This document shows, in pieces, positions 8,554 through 17,238 of a stretch of DNA of 42,025 nucleotides (position 1 is the stretch's first letter; every line of letters starts with the position of its first letter). A model generated the notes under the pieces. It saw nothing but the letters and a program-made list of their open reading frames with translations, was not told the DNA's origin and searched no databases. The DNA is from Thermoanaerobaculia bacterium (GTDB lineage: Bacteria > Acidobacteriota > Thermoanaerobaculia > Multivoradales > UBA5704). Location: the NCBI GenBank assembly GCA_046714475.1, contig JBKKAU010000146.1, positions 1 through 42,025 on the forward strand, read 5' to 3'. The translations under genes were made by a program, and so were the position numbers.

Positions 8554-9333
8554 TTACTGCTTCTCGGTGACGGTCACCGTGGCCGAGGTCTCCCCCTCGG
8601 AGCCCTCCCCGAGCAGGACGACGGCCTGGCGCTTCTCGTCCTCGGAGGTGGCGCTGATCGAGCCGCCGGTGATCGTGCCATTGCTGGTGGCGGTGTTCTG
8701 ATCGATCTTGAAGCCCTGGCCCTCGAGCTTCTCCTTGTAGAAGTTGATGACCTGGTCGACCGAATCCTTGGTCGTGACGGTGAAGATGAGGCTGCTCTCC
8801 GTGTCCGTTTTGGTGGAGAGAGCGGTCTGCGCAGTGCCATTGGGATAGGCCGGTAACCAGGAGGGGAGATCCTTGACCTCACCGCCGGCCCCAAAGGTGG
8901 CGACCTCACCCTTCTCGTTGGTGACCGTCATGCCGTTGTCGCCGAAGCTGACGTTGGCGGTCTCCTCTTTGCCGTCCGCGCCCTTGGTCTTGAAGCCGAA
9001 ATTGCCTTTTTTAGCCTCTTCGAGGCTTACCGTCATCTCCTCGCCGGTTTTCTTGTCGCGGACCGTGAAGGTCTTGGCGTCCTTGTCCGATTCGACCAGC
9101 TCGACGTCAGGGTTGGCCTTGATCACCCACTCGATGGCGGTCATGGCGGCCACGTCCGGGTTGTCGGCCATGTCCTTGACCTTCCTCCCGATGACGAAAG
9201 TAATGACGGCGAAGACAATGAAGCCGACGACCAGGAGGGCGCCGCAGCCGATGCCGACCCAGGCGAGCGGGCTCAGGCCCTTCTTGGCCGGCGGACCCGG
9301 CGGCGGATATGGGGGGGGAGACTGGACAGTCAT
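8554..9333 (-). CDS. Single-pass membrane protein with Pro-rich N-terminus and periplasmic domain
   Basis: MTVQSPPPYPPPGPPAKKGLSPLAWVGIGCG transmembrane segment and LPSWLPAYP motif; GAGGAG RBS before ATG 9333. Confidence 0.85.
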   Translation of the reverse strand: MTVQSPPPYPPPGPPAKKGLSPLAWVGIGCGALLVVGFIVFAVITFVIGRKVKDMADNPDVAAMTAIEWVIKANPDVELVESDKDAKTFTVRDKKTGEEMTVSLEEAKKGNFGFKTKGADGKEETANVSFGDNGMTVTNEKGEVATFGAGGEVKDLPSWLPAYPNGTAQTALSTKTDTESSLIFTVTTKDSVDQVINFYKEKLEGQGFKIDQNTATSNGTITGGSISATSEDEKRQAVVLLGEGSEGETSATVTVTEKQ

Positions 9334-9399
9334 TAGAGATCTCCTCTCGGGGTTCAGGTTGTAGAACCAAGTGCCGAAAACGATAGCACGAACCCAATG

Positions 9400-9505
9400 A
9401 ACGAGCCCGACGAGCATCAGGAGCAGCAGCTGACGCACGCCGACCTCGCGGGTGCGTTCGGTGACCGCATAGGCGAGCACGCCGTAGAGCCCCACCCCCG
9501 CAGCG
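9400..9505 (-). pseudogene. Fragment of an ABC3/FtsX-type permease (ADOP-like)
   Basis: AAGVGLYGVLAYAVTERTREVGVR matches the conserved permease motif, with no surrounding gene. Confidence 0.7.
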
Positions 9506-9577
9506 CCGGCAGACCGCCGGAGACGGAGCGGAGTTCCAGCGGCTTTCTTCTCCTCGGACATCTCGTACAATCCCTCG

Positions 9578-10738
9578 GTGATTGAGAGCAACCTCAACCG
9601 GAATTCCTACTCCCTCATCGAATCCGATTCCCATCTCGCCGCCGCCGCCCGGCGGTGGACGGAGCTGCCTGCCCTGGGGCTCGACACCGAGTTCGTCCGC
9701 GAGCGGACCTTTTTCCACCGGCTGGGGCTCATCCAGGTCTCCGACGGCGAGGCCGTCTACCTCGTCGACCCTGTGAAGGTGAAGGATCTGGCGCCGTTGG
9801 CGGAGATCCTCCGCGCGCCTGGGACGGTCAAGGTCCTGCACTCGGCGAGCGAGGACGTCGAGGTCTTCTACCGCGGCCTTGGTGTTGTGCCCGAGCCGCT
9901 CTTCGACACCCAGGTGGCGGCGGCGCTGGCGGGAGCGGGGGCGTTCCTAAGCTACCAGAAGCTGGTGGCCGCTCTCTTCGGCGTCGAGCTGCCGAAAGGG
10001 GAGACCCGCACCGACTGGCTGGCCCGGCCGCTCTCGGAGGCCCAGCTCACCTACGCCGCCGAGGACGTGGCCTTCCTTCTTCCTCTCTATCAAAGGCTGC
10101 GGCAGGACCTTTCGGCCCAGGGACGGTTGCAGTGGGCGCTCGAAGACTCGGCGGCGCTGCTCGACACCGGCCGCTTCGAGGAGGACCTGGAGACGGCCTG
10201 GCTCCGGATCAAGGGGGCGGGGCGGCTCAACCGGCGGCAGCTCGCGGCGCTCCAGGCGCTTGCCGCCTGGCGCGAGCGCGAAGCGCGGCAACGCGATCTG
10301 CCCCGCAACTTCGTCCTCAAGGAGGCGCTCCTGCTCTCGCTCGCCACCCGCAGGCCCGAGACCTCGCGCGAGCTCCGCAAGATCCCCGACTTCGACGCCG
10401 GCCAGGCGGCACGCGACGAAGCGGCCTGGCTCGAGATCCTCCAACAGGCCGACGGCATCCCCGAGGAAGCGCTCCCCCCCCGGGTCTCGCAAACTCCGTT
10501 CTCTCCGGGTCTCAAGGAGCTGTCCCAGCGGCTTCGGGAGCGGTCCCGGAAGACGGCTGAGGCCCTGGGCATCCCGCCGGAGATCCTGGCCCCCCGGCGG
10601 ACGCTCGACGCGCTGCTGCGCCGCGCCCTCGATCCAGAGCCACTGCTCCCGTCCGACCTCCAGGGATGGCGCCACGAAGTGGTGGGCGAGGATCTCCTGC
10701 GCGAGGTCCTCGCCGCCCGGGCGGCCGGATTGCTTTAA
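9578..10738 (+). CDS. rnd: Ribonuclease D (DEDDy exonuclease + HRDC)
   Basis: LDTEF.RERTFF..LGLIQ, KVLHSASEDVE, LFDTQVAA, TRTDWLARPLS..QL.YAAEDV and the HRDC motif WREREAR.RDLPRNFVL. Confidence 0.95.
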   Translation: MIESNLNRNSYSLIESDSHLAAAARRWTELPALGLDTEFVRERTFFHRLGLIQVSDGEAVYLVDPVKVKDLAPLAEILRAPGTVKVLHSASEDVEVFYRGLGVVPEPLFDTQVAAALAGAGAFLSYQKLVAALFGVELPKGETRTDWLARPLSEAQLTYAAEDVAFLLPLYQRLRQDLSAQGRLQWALEDSAALLDTGRFEEDLETAWLRIKGAGRLNRRQLAALQALAAWREREARQRDLPRNFVLKEALLLSLATRRPETSRELRKIPDFDAGQAARDEAAWLEILQQADGIPEEALPPRVSQTPFSPGLKELSQRLRERSRKTAEALGIPPEILAPRRTLDALLRRALDPEPLLPSDLQGWRHEVVGEDLLREVLAARAAGLL

Positions 10739-10899
10739 ATTCTGTCCTGTCCGCGGCACACTTCCTTCACCAGCGCTACAATAGTGGAGCGGACATGCGT
10801 AACGCCGACCCGTCTGAAAGCCGTTGTCCCCTCATCTCGTTACGTCTTTCAAAGACTCGATGTTGGGATGACTTCACTGAGTGAGATAGACTCTGGACC

Positions 10900-11343
10900 A
10901 TGACCATAGAGGAAGAAGTCCGTCGGGCCACGAAGCTGCTCGAGACCGTGATGCAGGCCGCAGGCCTGACGCGAAAGGACCTGGACCAGAAACTCGGTGC
11001 CGGTCCCGGTTACGTCAGCCAGGTGTTGACCGGGAGGATGGAGCTCAAGTTCCGGCACATCCTGGCGATCCTGAGGGCGTTGGAAGTCGATCCTGGCGTC
11101 TTTTTCCAGACGCTGTATCCGGAAAGCAGGCCCTCCGGCGACGTGGCGATGATGGAGGAGTTCCTCAAGCGGTTCCAGAAGCTCGGCTTCGGCAAGCCGC
11201 CCGAGCCGCCGCCGAGCCCATCGCTCGATTCCCAGGAGCTCGAGAAGCTGATCCAGAACGCGGTGCGAGCCGCGCTGGCCGAACAGGAGAGGACGGACTT
11301 GGGAGGAGCGCCCAGGGGCGGAAAACCCAGGGCCGAGGATTGA
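10900..11343 (+). CDS. XRE-family HTH transcriptional regulator
   Basis: GLTRKDLDQKLGAGPGYVSQVLTGRMELKFRHILAILRALEVDPGVFF. Confidence 0.88.
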   Translation: MTIEEEVRRATKLLETVMQAAGLTRKDLDQKLGAGPGYVSQVLTGRMELKFRHILAILRALEVDPGVFFQTLYPESRPSGDVAMMEEFLKRFQKLGFGKPPEPPPSPSLDSQELEKLIQNAVRAALAEQERTDLGGAPRGGKPRAED

Positions 11344-11346
11344 CGG

Positions 11347-11371
11347 GCGGGCGGGGGCTCGCCCCGCCCGC
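11347..11371. terminator. Hairpin between the convergent HTH and TPR genes
   Basis: GCGGGCGGGG-GCTCG-CCCCGCCCGC followed by TCTCTTCT. Confidence 0.65.
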
Positions 11372-11388
11372 TCTCTTCTGAATTCCGA

Positions 11389-12762
11389 CTAGATCTGCGA
11401 TTCGGCGCCCGACCGCAGGCCCGGCTCGTGCTCCAGCAGCTGCAGCCTGGAAGCCACGTTGCGCAGCAGCGCGACCGTGGCGCGGTCTTTCTCGAAGGCC
11501 TCGCGCAGCATCAGCAGGGCGCCGATCGCTTCGCGGCGGATGCCGCGCGCCCGGAAGATCGACAGGGTCTCGTCGATCAGGTCGCGGATCCGGGACGTCC
11601 ACCCCCGGTGAAGCCAGATGACCGCAAGGTCCAGCGAGACCAGGGCCGCGTCATAGGGCAGATCGATCTCCGCGAAGCCGGCCCGGACTTCCAGGAAAGC
11701 CCGCTCCGCCTCCTTTTCAAACTCGAACCCTGCCGCGATACGCCCTTCGACCCAGCGGACCTTGAGCTCGTCGAGCCGCTCGGCATGGGCGGTGTAGAGA
11801 TCGCGGCTCTTCACGAGAAGCCGGCTGGCCTCCTCCAGGCGACCGCACTCGACGAAGAACCAGATCAGGTTGTGGACAGCGGCGAGCACCAGCTTCGGGT
11901 CTTGACTGCCGTCGACCAATAGCAGACCCTGGCCGAGCAGCTGCACGGCCTTCTCCGGGTCCAGCGCGTGCCCGGTGGCGATGCCCTTCTTGATGAGTGT
12001 CCGCCCCGCGAAGTGACGTTCTCCCTCGCCTTGGTAGAGCTGATACGCCATGTCGAGGAGCTGAAAGGCCTCCGTAAAGCGCCGCTGCGCCGTGTAGAGA
12101 GAGGCGGTGAGGTCCATCAGGCGGGCGAGGAGGAGAGGGTCGCCGGTGCCATATCCCGCTTGCTCGAGGGCGCGGGCAATGTCCGCCTCCGAGCCGTTGG
12201 GATCGTTGGCCACGCGGCGGGCGTTGCCCAACTCCGCCCAGGCCCGGGCCTGCAGGTCGGCCAGAATCTCGGTCTCGTAGAGCTCGGGCTGCAGCCGCTC
12301 GGCCAACGTCGTGGCGAGCGCGGCAACCAGCACCATGGTCTCCGGATCCCGGTGCCTCAGAGCCCGGCACCGCTCGATCAGAGCCTCACAGCGAGCCCAG
12401 TCACGGTCACGGAGGGCCAGCATCTCCAGCTGGACAGGGACTTCGTGCAGGGCCGGAGCCTCTGCCTTCTTGTCGGCGGCCCTCTTGAGGTTCACGGCAG
12501 CCTCGTACCGGCGGGCGGCGGCGAGGGCCTTGAACATCGGGAAGTCGTACTCCGCGCCGGCCTCCGCGCCAGCCTCCTCCACGACCCGGCCGGGGAAGAA
12601 CATCGCGGCGGCGAGCGACGTCATCACTTCCCGGCAGCGATCGCAGCCGGGCAGCAGGTGGGCCAGGATGCGACGGGTCTCCTGGGGAGACAGCTCACCG
12701 AGCATGAAACGATCCAGCTCGGCAGAGGCAGGATGGTACTCTCCTCTCTTTCCTCCCGACAT
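11389..12762 (-). CDS. TPR protein with N-terminal zinc-finger (anti-sigma/zf-HC2-like) domain
   Basis: HPASAELDRFMLGELS..ETRRILAHLLPGCDRC, then TPR-like helices (ARAWAELGNARRV, ASLYTAQRRFTEA, AVHNLIWFFVECGRLEEA, WVEGRIAAG). GGAGG RBS before ATG 12762. Confidence 0.85.
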   Translation of the reverse strand: MSGGKRGEYHPASAELDRFMLGELSPQETRRILAHLLPGCDRCREVMTSLAAAMFFPGRVVEEAGAEAGAEYDFPMFKALAAARRYEAAVNLKRAADKKAEAPALHEVPVQLEMLALRDRDWARCEALIERCRALRHRDPETMVLVAALATTLAERLQPELYETEILADLQARAWAELGNARRVANDPNGSEADIARALEQAGYGTGDPLLLARLMDLTASLYTAQRRFTEAFQLLDMAYQLYQGEGERHFAGRTLIKKGIATGHALDPEKAVQLLGQGLLLVDGSQDPKLVLAAVHNLIWFFVECGRLEEASRLLVKSRDLYTAHAERLDELKVRWVEGRIAAGFEFEKEAERAFLEVRAGFAEIDLPYDAALVSLDLAVIWLHRGWTSRIRDLIDETLSIFRARGIRREAIGALLMLREAFEKDRATVALLRNVASRLQLLEHEPGLRSGAESQI

Positions 12763-12852
12763 TGATCCCTCCAATTCAGGCAGAGAAAACTTTCTCGTAT
12801 TCTCTCACGAGGTGCTTTGCCGTGTCAGCTCATGGCACCAAGGCATCCCTGC

Positions 12853-13158
12853 TCAGTCGAGTTTGCCGCGGGCTCCATCCGGGTCGATCGTGCCGCCCTG
12901 TTCAGTCGTGCCACCGGAGCCGGTCGGTCCCGTCGTGGGGGATTCCGGCGCGCCGGAGCTCGTCGTCAAGCCCTTGGCAGCCCCTTCACCACCCCATAGA
13001 CCTCCGAACCATTGCATCAGCTGATCGAACACGCCGGTATCCAGGACCGGTAGCTCGATGCCGAACGCGCCGGCGTGCGCCGCCGGCGCACCGCCGAGCC
13101 AGAGCGCCGTCGCCAGCGCGGCGGCAACGGTCACGCGTCGAAAGATTTTTTGCGACAT
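12853..13158 (-). CDS. Small secreted protein / putative signalling-peptide precursor (101 aa)
   Basis: GAGGAG RBS; Sec signal MSQKIFRRVTVAAALATALWLGGAPAAHA; amphipathic VFDQLMQWFGGLW; G/S/T/P linker; ends EQGGTIDPDGARGKLD. Confidence 0.8.
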   Translation of the reverse strand: MSQKIFRRVTVAAALATALWLGGAPAAHAGAFGIELPVLDTGVFDQLMQWFGGLWGGEGAAKGLTTSSGAPESPTTGPTGSGGTTEQGGTIDPDGARGKLD

Positions 13159-13628
13159 GCGGCTCTCCTCCGCCGGGAAGCATCCGAGGCCTCCATGACC
13201 TCCGCCCCCGCGCGACAACGGGTCTCTACATTCCGGAAAAATAGGTTCCCCGAAGAGGCCCCCCTCAGGATCGATCCCAGACAGATCCCCAGAGCCGGCC
13301 TTCGGACGTGAATCACAAATACAGGAATCCAAATACAAGAAAAGATCTCCCATCCCACAAAAGAGTAGCACTGGAACCGACCCAGAAGGTATACCCATTT
13401 CCTCGACCGGACATCCGTCCCTGCGGGGGCTCGGCCTTCTTCAGCGGAAACTTGTAGACCTTCTGTTCTCTAAAGGTGCTTCCCCAGGAGCAAGCGTGGA
13501 CACGAATCCTGCCAACTTTGTGAGCTTTCTCGTGCAGTCCGCCGCAACCCGGCGCCGTGCGATGCGTACTCAGCTCGTATACGCTGTGCCGGCTTTTCGG
13601 ACGGGTCTGTCTGTATGGAGGGGATCTG

Positions 13629-15920
13629 ATGCTTCGTCATCTCATGGGGTTCTGCATTCTCTTGCTGCCGGTCGCCGGTCTCGCCCAGACCGCCCAGACC
13701 GCCCCGGAGGCGGGGGGGGAGCGCCAGACGCCTTCGGCCCGGCGTTTCGAAGTCCGCCGCGCCACGTCGCAGGTCCGGGTCGACGGCGTGCTCGACGAGC
13801 AGGCCTGGGCCGACGCCCTGGTCTTCGACCTGCCGTATGAATGGGCGCCCGGCGACAACACGCCGCCGCCCGTCAAGACCGACTTCCTGATCACCTATGA
13901 CGACGAGCGGCTCTACGCGGCATGGCGGGCCTTCGACCCGGAGCCGTCCGCGATCCGCGCCCACCTGATGGACCGCGACGCGACGGATACCCTGGTCCAG
14001 GACGACCACGTCGTGCTCATGGTCGACCCTTTCAACGACGAGCGCCGCGGCTTCCAGTTCCGGGTCAACCCGCTGGGCGTCCAGGCGGACGCCATCTTCA
14101 GCCAGAACGAGGGGGTCGAGGACTTCTCCTTCGACATGATCTGGGCGTCCGCCGCGCGGATCACCTCCGAGGGATACGTCATCGAGATCGCCATCCCGCT
14201 CGAACAGATCCGCTTCCCGCGCACCGGCGGCGTGCAGACCTGGGGCGTCGACGTCGGCCGCTCCTACCCGAGGAACGTCCGCCACCGCATTTCGGCCGCG
14301 CCGATCGCCCGCGGCAACAACTGCCTGCTCTGTCAGGTCGACAAGGTGACCGGCTTCGAAGGCCTGAAACCCGGCCGCAACCTGGAAATCACCCCGACCT
14401 TGACCGCGAAGCGCACCGACGAAGCCGCGGGGTTGGGCAGCCGCCTCGAGACAGGGGACGAAGAGGTCGCCCCGGGCGTTTCGGCGCGCTGGGGCATCAC
14501 CCCCAACGTCACCCTGAGCGCCGCCATCAACCCCGACTTCTCCCAGGTCGAAGCCGACGTGGCGCAGCTCGACGTCAACGAGCGTTTCGCCCTGTTCTTC
14601 CCCGAGAAGCGGCCGTTCTTCCTCGAAGGCATCGACTTCTTCTCGACCCCTCTCCAGGCGGTCTTCACGCGCACCGTGGTCGACCCGGACTGGGGCCTCA
14701 AGCTCACCGGCAAGGAGGGCCGGAACGCCTTTGGCGTCTTCGCCAACGACGACCAGGTCAACTCCTTCCTCATCCCCTCGAACCAGGGGACGGACTTCAT
14801 CCTTCTCGAGAACGAGTCGGTGACCAGCGGCGTCGTCCGCTACCGGCGCGACATGGGAGCGAACTCGACCCTGGGCGGATTGATAACCGCGCGGGAAGGG
14901 GACGGCTACCACAACCGGGTCTTCGGCCTCGACAGCTTCATCCGCTTCAACGCCGCCAGTACGTTGAGGGCGCAGTACCTCCGCTCCGACACCCTGTACC
15001 CGCGGGCGGTCGCGACCGCTTTTGGTCAGAGCCTCGACGCGTTCCAGGGAGACGCGCTGCTGCTCGACTACGAATTTTCCGGCCCGAGCTGGTTCTGGTC
15101 GCTCGATTACGAGGACCGCGCTCCCGGGTTCCGCGCCGACAGCGGCTTCATCCCGCGGGTCGACATCCGCGAAGGGGAGGTGTTCGTACAACGGCAGATC
15201 TATGGCGAGCAGGACGACTGGTACACGCAGTGGAACGTAGGGCTTTCCGTAGAGCGGACCGAGGACCACGGCGGCAACCTGACCGACGAGGGGATCGACC
15301 TCTTCAGCAACGTCTCCGGGCCGCGCCAGTCGTTCCTGGAGCTGTCGCTGGAGCACAACACGGAACGCGTCCGGAACTTTTTCGGCGACGTGCTCTACGA
15401 GGACATGAACCGGGCGGAGGCCTTCTTCCGCGTCCAGCCCAACCGCGTCGCCCAGCTGTCGCTCTATGCCGACATCGGAGAGACCGTGGACTTCACCAAC
15501 AACCAGGCGGCGGACATCCTGGAGGTGATCCCGACCGCCGAGCTCAAGCTGGGCCGGCATCTGAACGCCAGGATCGAGCACACCCTGCAACGTCTGGACG
15601 TCGAAGGGGGCGAGCTGTTCGAGGCCCACCTGACGCAGCTCCGCCTCATCTACAACTTCAACGTCCGCTCCTTCGTACGGGGGATCTTCCAGTACCTGGA
15701 CCTGCAGCGCGACCTGGCCCTCTTCCGGGACGAGAACAGGCCCTTCCTCGATCCGGAGACGGAGGAATTCTTCACCCAGCTCCTCTTCTCCTACAAGCTG
15801 AACCCCCAGACCGTCCTCTTCCTCGGCTACACCAACACCGAAGAGGGCAATCACCTGGTGGAGCGTACCGGGACGAGCCAGACCTTCTTCTTCAAGGTCG
15901 GCTACGCCTGGATTCTGTAG
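13629..15920 (+). CDS. CBM9-like / DUF5916 outer-membrane-associated protein
   Basis: Signal peptide, VDGVLDE.AW, YDDERLY, NPDFSQVEAD...FFPEKRPFFLEG and C-terminal FFKVGYAW beta-strand. Confidence 0.88.
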   Translation: MLRHLMGFCILLLPVAGLAQTAQTAPEAGGERQTPSARRFEVRRATSQVRVDGVLDEQAWADALVFDLPYEWAPGDNTPPPVKTDFLITYDDERLYAAWRAFDPEPSAIRAHLMDRDATDTLVQDDHVVLMVDPFNDERRGFQFRVNPLGVQADAIFSQNEGVEDFSFDMIWASAARITSEGYVIEIAIPLEQIRFPRTGGVQTWGVDVGRSYPRNVRHRISAAPIARGNNCLLCQVDKVTGFEGLKPGRNLEITPTLTAKRTDEAAGLGSRLETGDEEVAPGVSARWGITPNVTLSAAINPDFSQVEADVAQLDVNERFALFFPEKRPFFLEGIDFFSTPLQAVFTRTVVDPDWGLKLTGKEGRNAFGVFANDDQVNSFLIPSNQGTDFILLENESVTSGVVRYRRDMGANSTLGGLITAREGDGYHNRVFGLDSFIRFNAASTLRAQYLRSDTLYPRAVATAFGQSLDAFQGDALLLDYEFSGPSWFWSLDYEDRAPGFRADSGFIPRVDIREGEVFVQRQIYGEQDDWYTQWNVGLSVERTEDHGGNLTDEGIDLFSNVSGPRQSFLELSLEHNTERVRNFFGDVLYEDMNRAEAFFRVQPNRVAQLSLYADIGETVDFTNNQAADILEVIPTAELKLGRHLNARIEHTLQRLDVEGGELFEAHLTQLRLIYNFNVRSFVRGIFQYLDLQRDLALFRDENRPFLDPETEEFFTQLLFSYKLNPQTVLFLGYTNTEEGNHLVERTGTSQTFFFKVGYAWIL

Positions 15921-16544
15921 CTACCGTCCCAGGCCGGGGATCTCTTCGAGGTGGGGTAGAGGGAGGTCGAGGACGTCCGAGAACAGGGTGAGGACGCGGA
16001 AGGTCAGTCCCCAGATCACCGAGTCGCGGAAGCGGATCGCCGGATAGGAGAGACGGGCGCCGTTCCACTCGAATTTGTGGTGGCCGGTGTTCTTCGCGTC
16101 CCAGAGATAAGCCAGGGGGATCCAGTACGCCTCGGCCACCTCGTGGTTGATCGTGAAGGGGACCAGCTCCTCCCCGAGGTCGTAGACGAACGGCGACAGG
16201 ATCATGGGCGTGGTCCGGCCGCCCAGCCGGATCGGAAGATGCGACAGCGGGCCGATCCGATGCGGATCTCCCAGGGCCAGCCCCACCTCTTCCAACGTCT
16301 CCCGCTCGGCGGCGGCCTGCGGGCTGGAGTCCGTGGGGTCGACGCGTCCGCCCGGCAGCGCCATGTGGCCGGACCAGGGATCGAGCGGGTGCTCGGCGCG
16401 GCGGATGAAGCAGAGCGAGAGGTCGGCGCCCGTGCCGGCCAGCACCAGCGCGACCGCCGCCTGGACGTGGTCCGGCTCGGGTTCGAGCAAGCGGGGCTGG
16501 TGGCCGGAGAGCGCGCTCCGCACCTGGTCGATCGAGACCGGCAT
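15921..16544 (-). CDS. Nudix hydrolase, CoA pyrophosphatase-like
   Basis: AAVALVL, IRRA...DPWSGHMALPGG....D......AERETLEEVG Nudix box and IWGLTFRVL. Confidence 0.9.
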   Translation of the reverse strand: MPVSIDQVRSALSGHQPRLLEPEPDHVQAAVALVLAGTGADLSLCFIRRAEHPLDPWSGHMALPGGRVDPTDSSPQAAAERETLEEVGLALGDPHRIGPLSHLPIRLGGRTTPMILSPFVYDLGEELVPFTINHEVAEAYWIPLAYLWDAKNTGHHKFEWNGARLSYPAIRFRDSVIWGLTFRVLTLFSDVLDLPLPHLEEIPGLGR

Positions 16545-16555
16545 CGAAGGGGAGT

Positions 16556-17236
16556 CTACCCCGTGAGCTTGTAACCGAGGCGGTGGACCGTGACGATGAA
16601 GTGGGGGTCGGCGGGGTTGTCCTCGATCTTCTTGCGGAGCTTGGCGATGTGCATGTCCACTGTGCGGGTGAGCGGGATGGAGTTGTAGCCCCACACCGCG
16701 TCGAGGAGCTTCTCGCGGCTCACCACCTCGCCCCGGTGCTGGAAGAAGAAGGCGAGCAGCTCGAACTCGCGCGGCGACAGCTCGAGCGGCCGCCCCGCCT
16801 TGTGGGCCTCGTGGCGCTTGAAGTCGACCTCGACGTCGCCGAAACGGCAAGCGTTGAACGGCGCGGCCTGGCCGCCCGAGCGGCGCAGCACCGCCTCGGC
16901 CCGGGCGAGCAGCTCCATGAAGCCGAAAGGCTTGGTGATGTAGTCGTCGGCCCCGAGCTTCAGGCCCAGCACCTTGTCGATCTCCTGCCCGCGGGCGGTC
17001 AGCATGATGATGGGGACGCCGTTGCCGCCGCTCCGCAACTGTTTGCAGATGTCGAGGCCGTTCAACTTGGGCAGCATCACGTCGAGCAGGATCAGGTCAG
17101 GCCGCTCCGCCGTGGCAAGCTGCAGGCCGGCCTCGCCGTCCGGCGCGACGGTCACCGCATAACCTTCGTACTCGAACCCGTCGCGCAGGGCGACGGACAT
17201 CGCCTCGTCGTCTTCCACGATCAGCACGCGCCGCAT
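16556..17236 (-). CDS. OmpR-family response regulator
   Basis: [24 protein letters not shown] and the winged-helix motif [13 protein letters not shown]...TVH.LGYKL. Confidence 0.95.
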   Translation of the reverse strand: MRRVLIVEDDEAMSVALRDGFEYEGYAVTVAPDGEAGLQLATAERPDLILLDVMLPKLNGLDICKQLRSGGNGVPIIMLTARGQEIDKVLGLKLGADDYITKPFGFMELLARAEAVLRRSGGQAAPFNACRFGDVEVDFKRHEAHKAGRPLELSPREFELLAFFFQHRGEVVSREKLLDAVWGYNSIPLTRTVDMHIAKLRKKIEDNPADPHFIVTVHRLGYKLTG

Positions 17237-17238
17237 CC

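Noticed and set aside
9334-9597. N-terminal extension of the membrane protein to 347 aa
   Set aside because: It is made of the permease scrap and promoter DNA, and there is a good RBS before ATG 9333.
13470-15854. Long antisense and alternative-frame ORFs (also 2816-4375, 17254-19095, 22057-24309, 25575-28103, 37513-39963)
   Set aside because: These are typical high-GC shadow ORFs over well-supported genes and carry no motifs.
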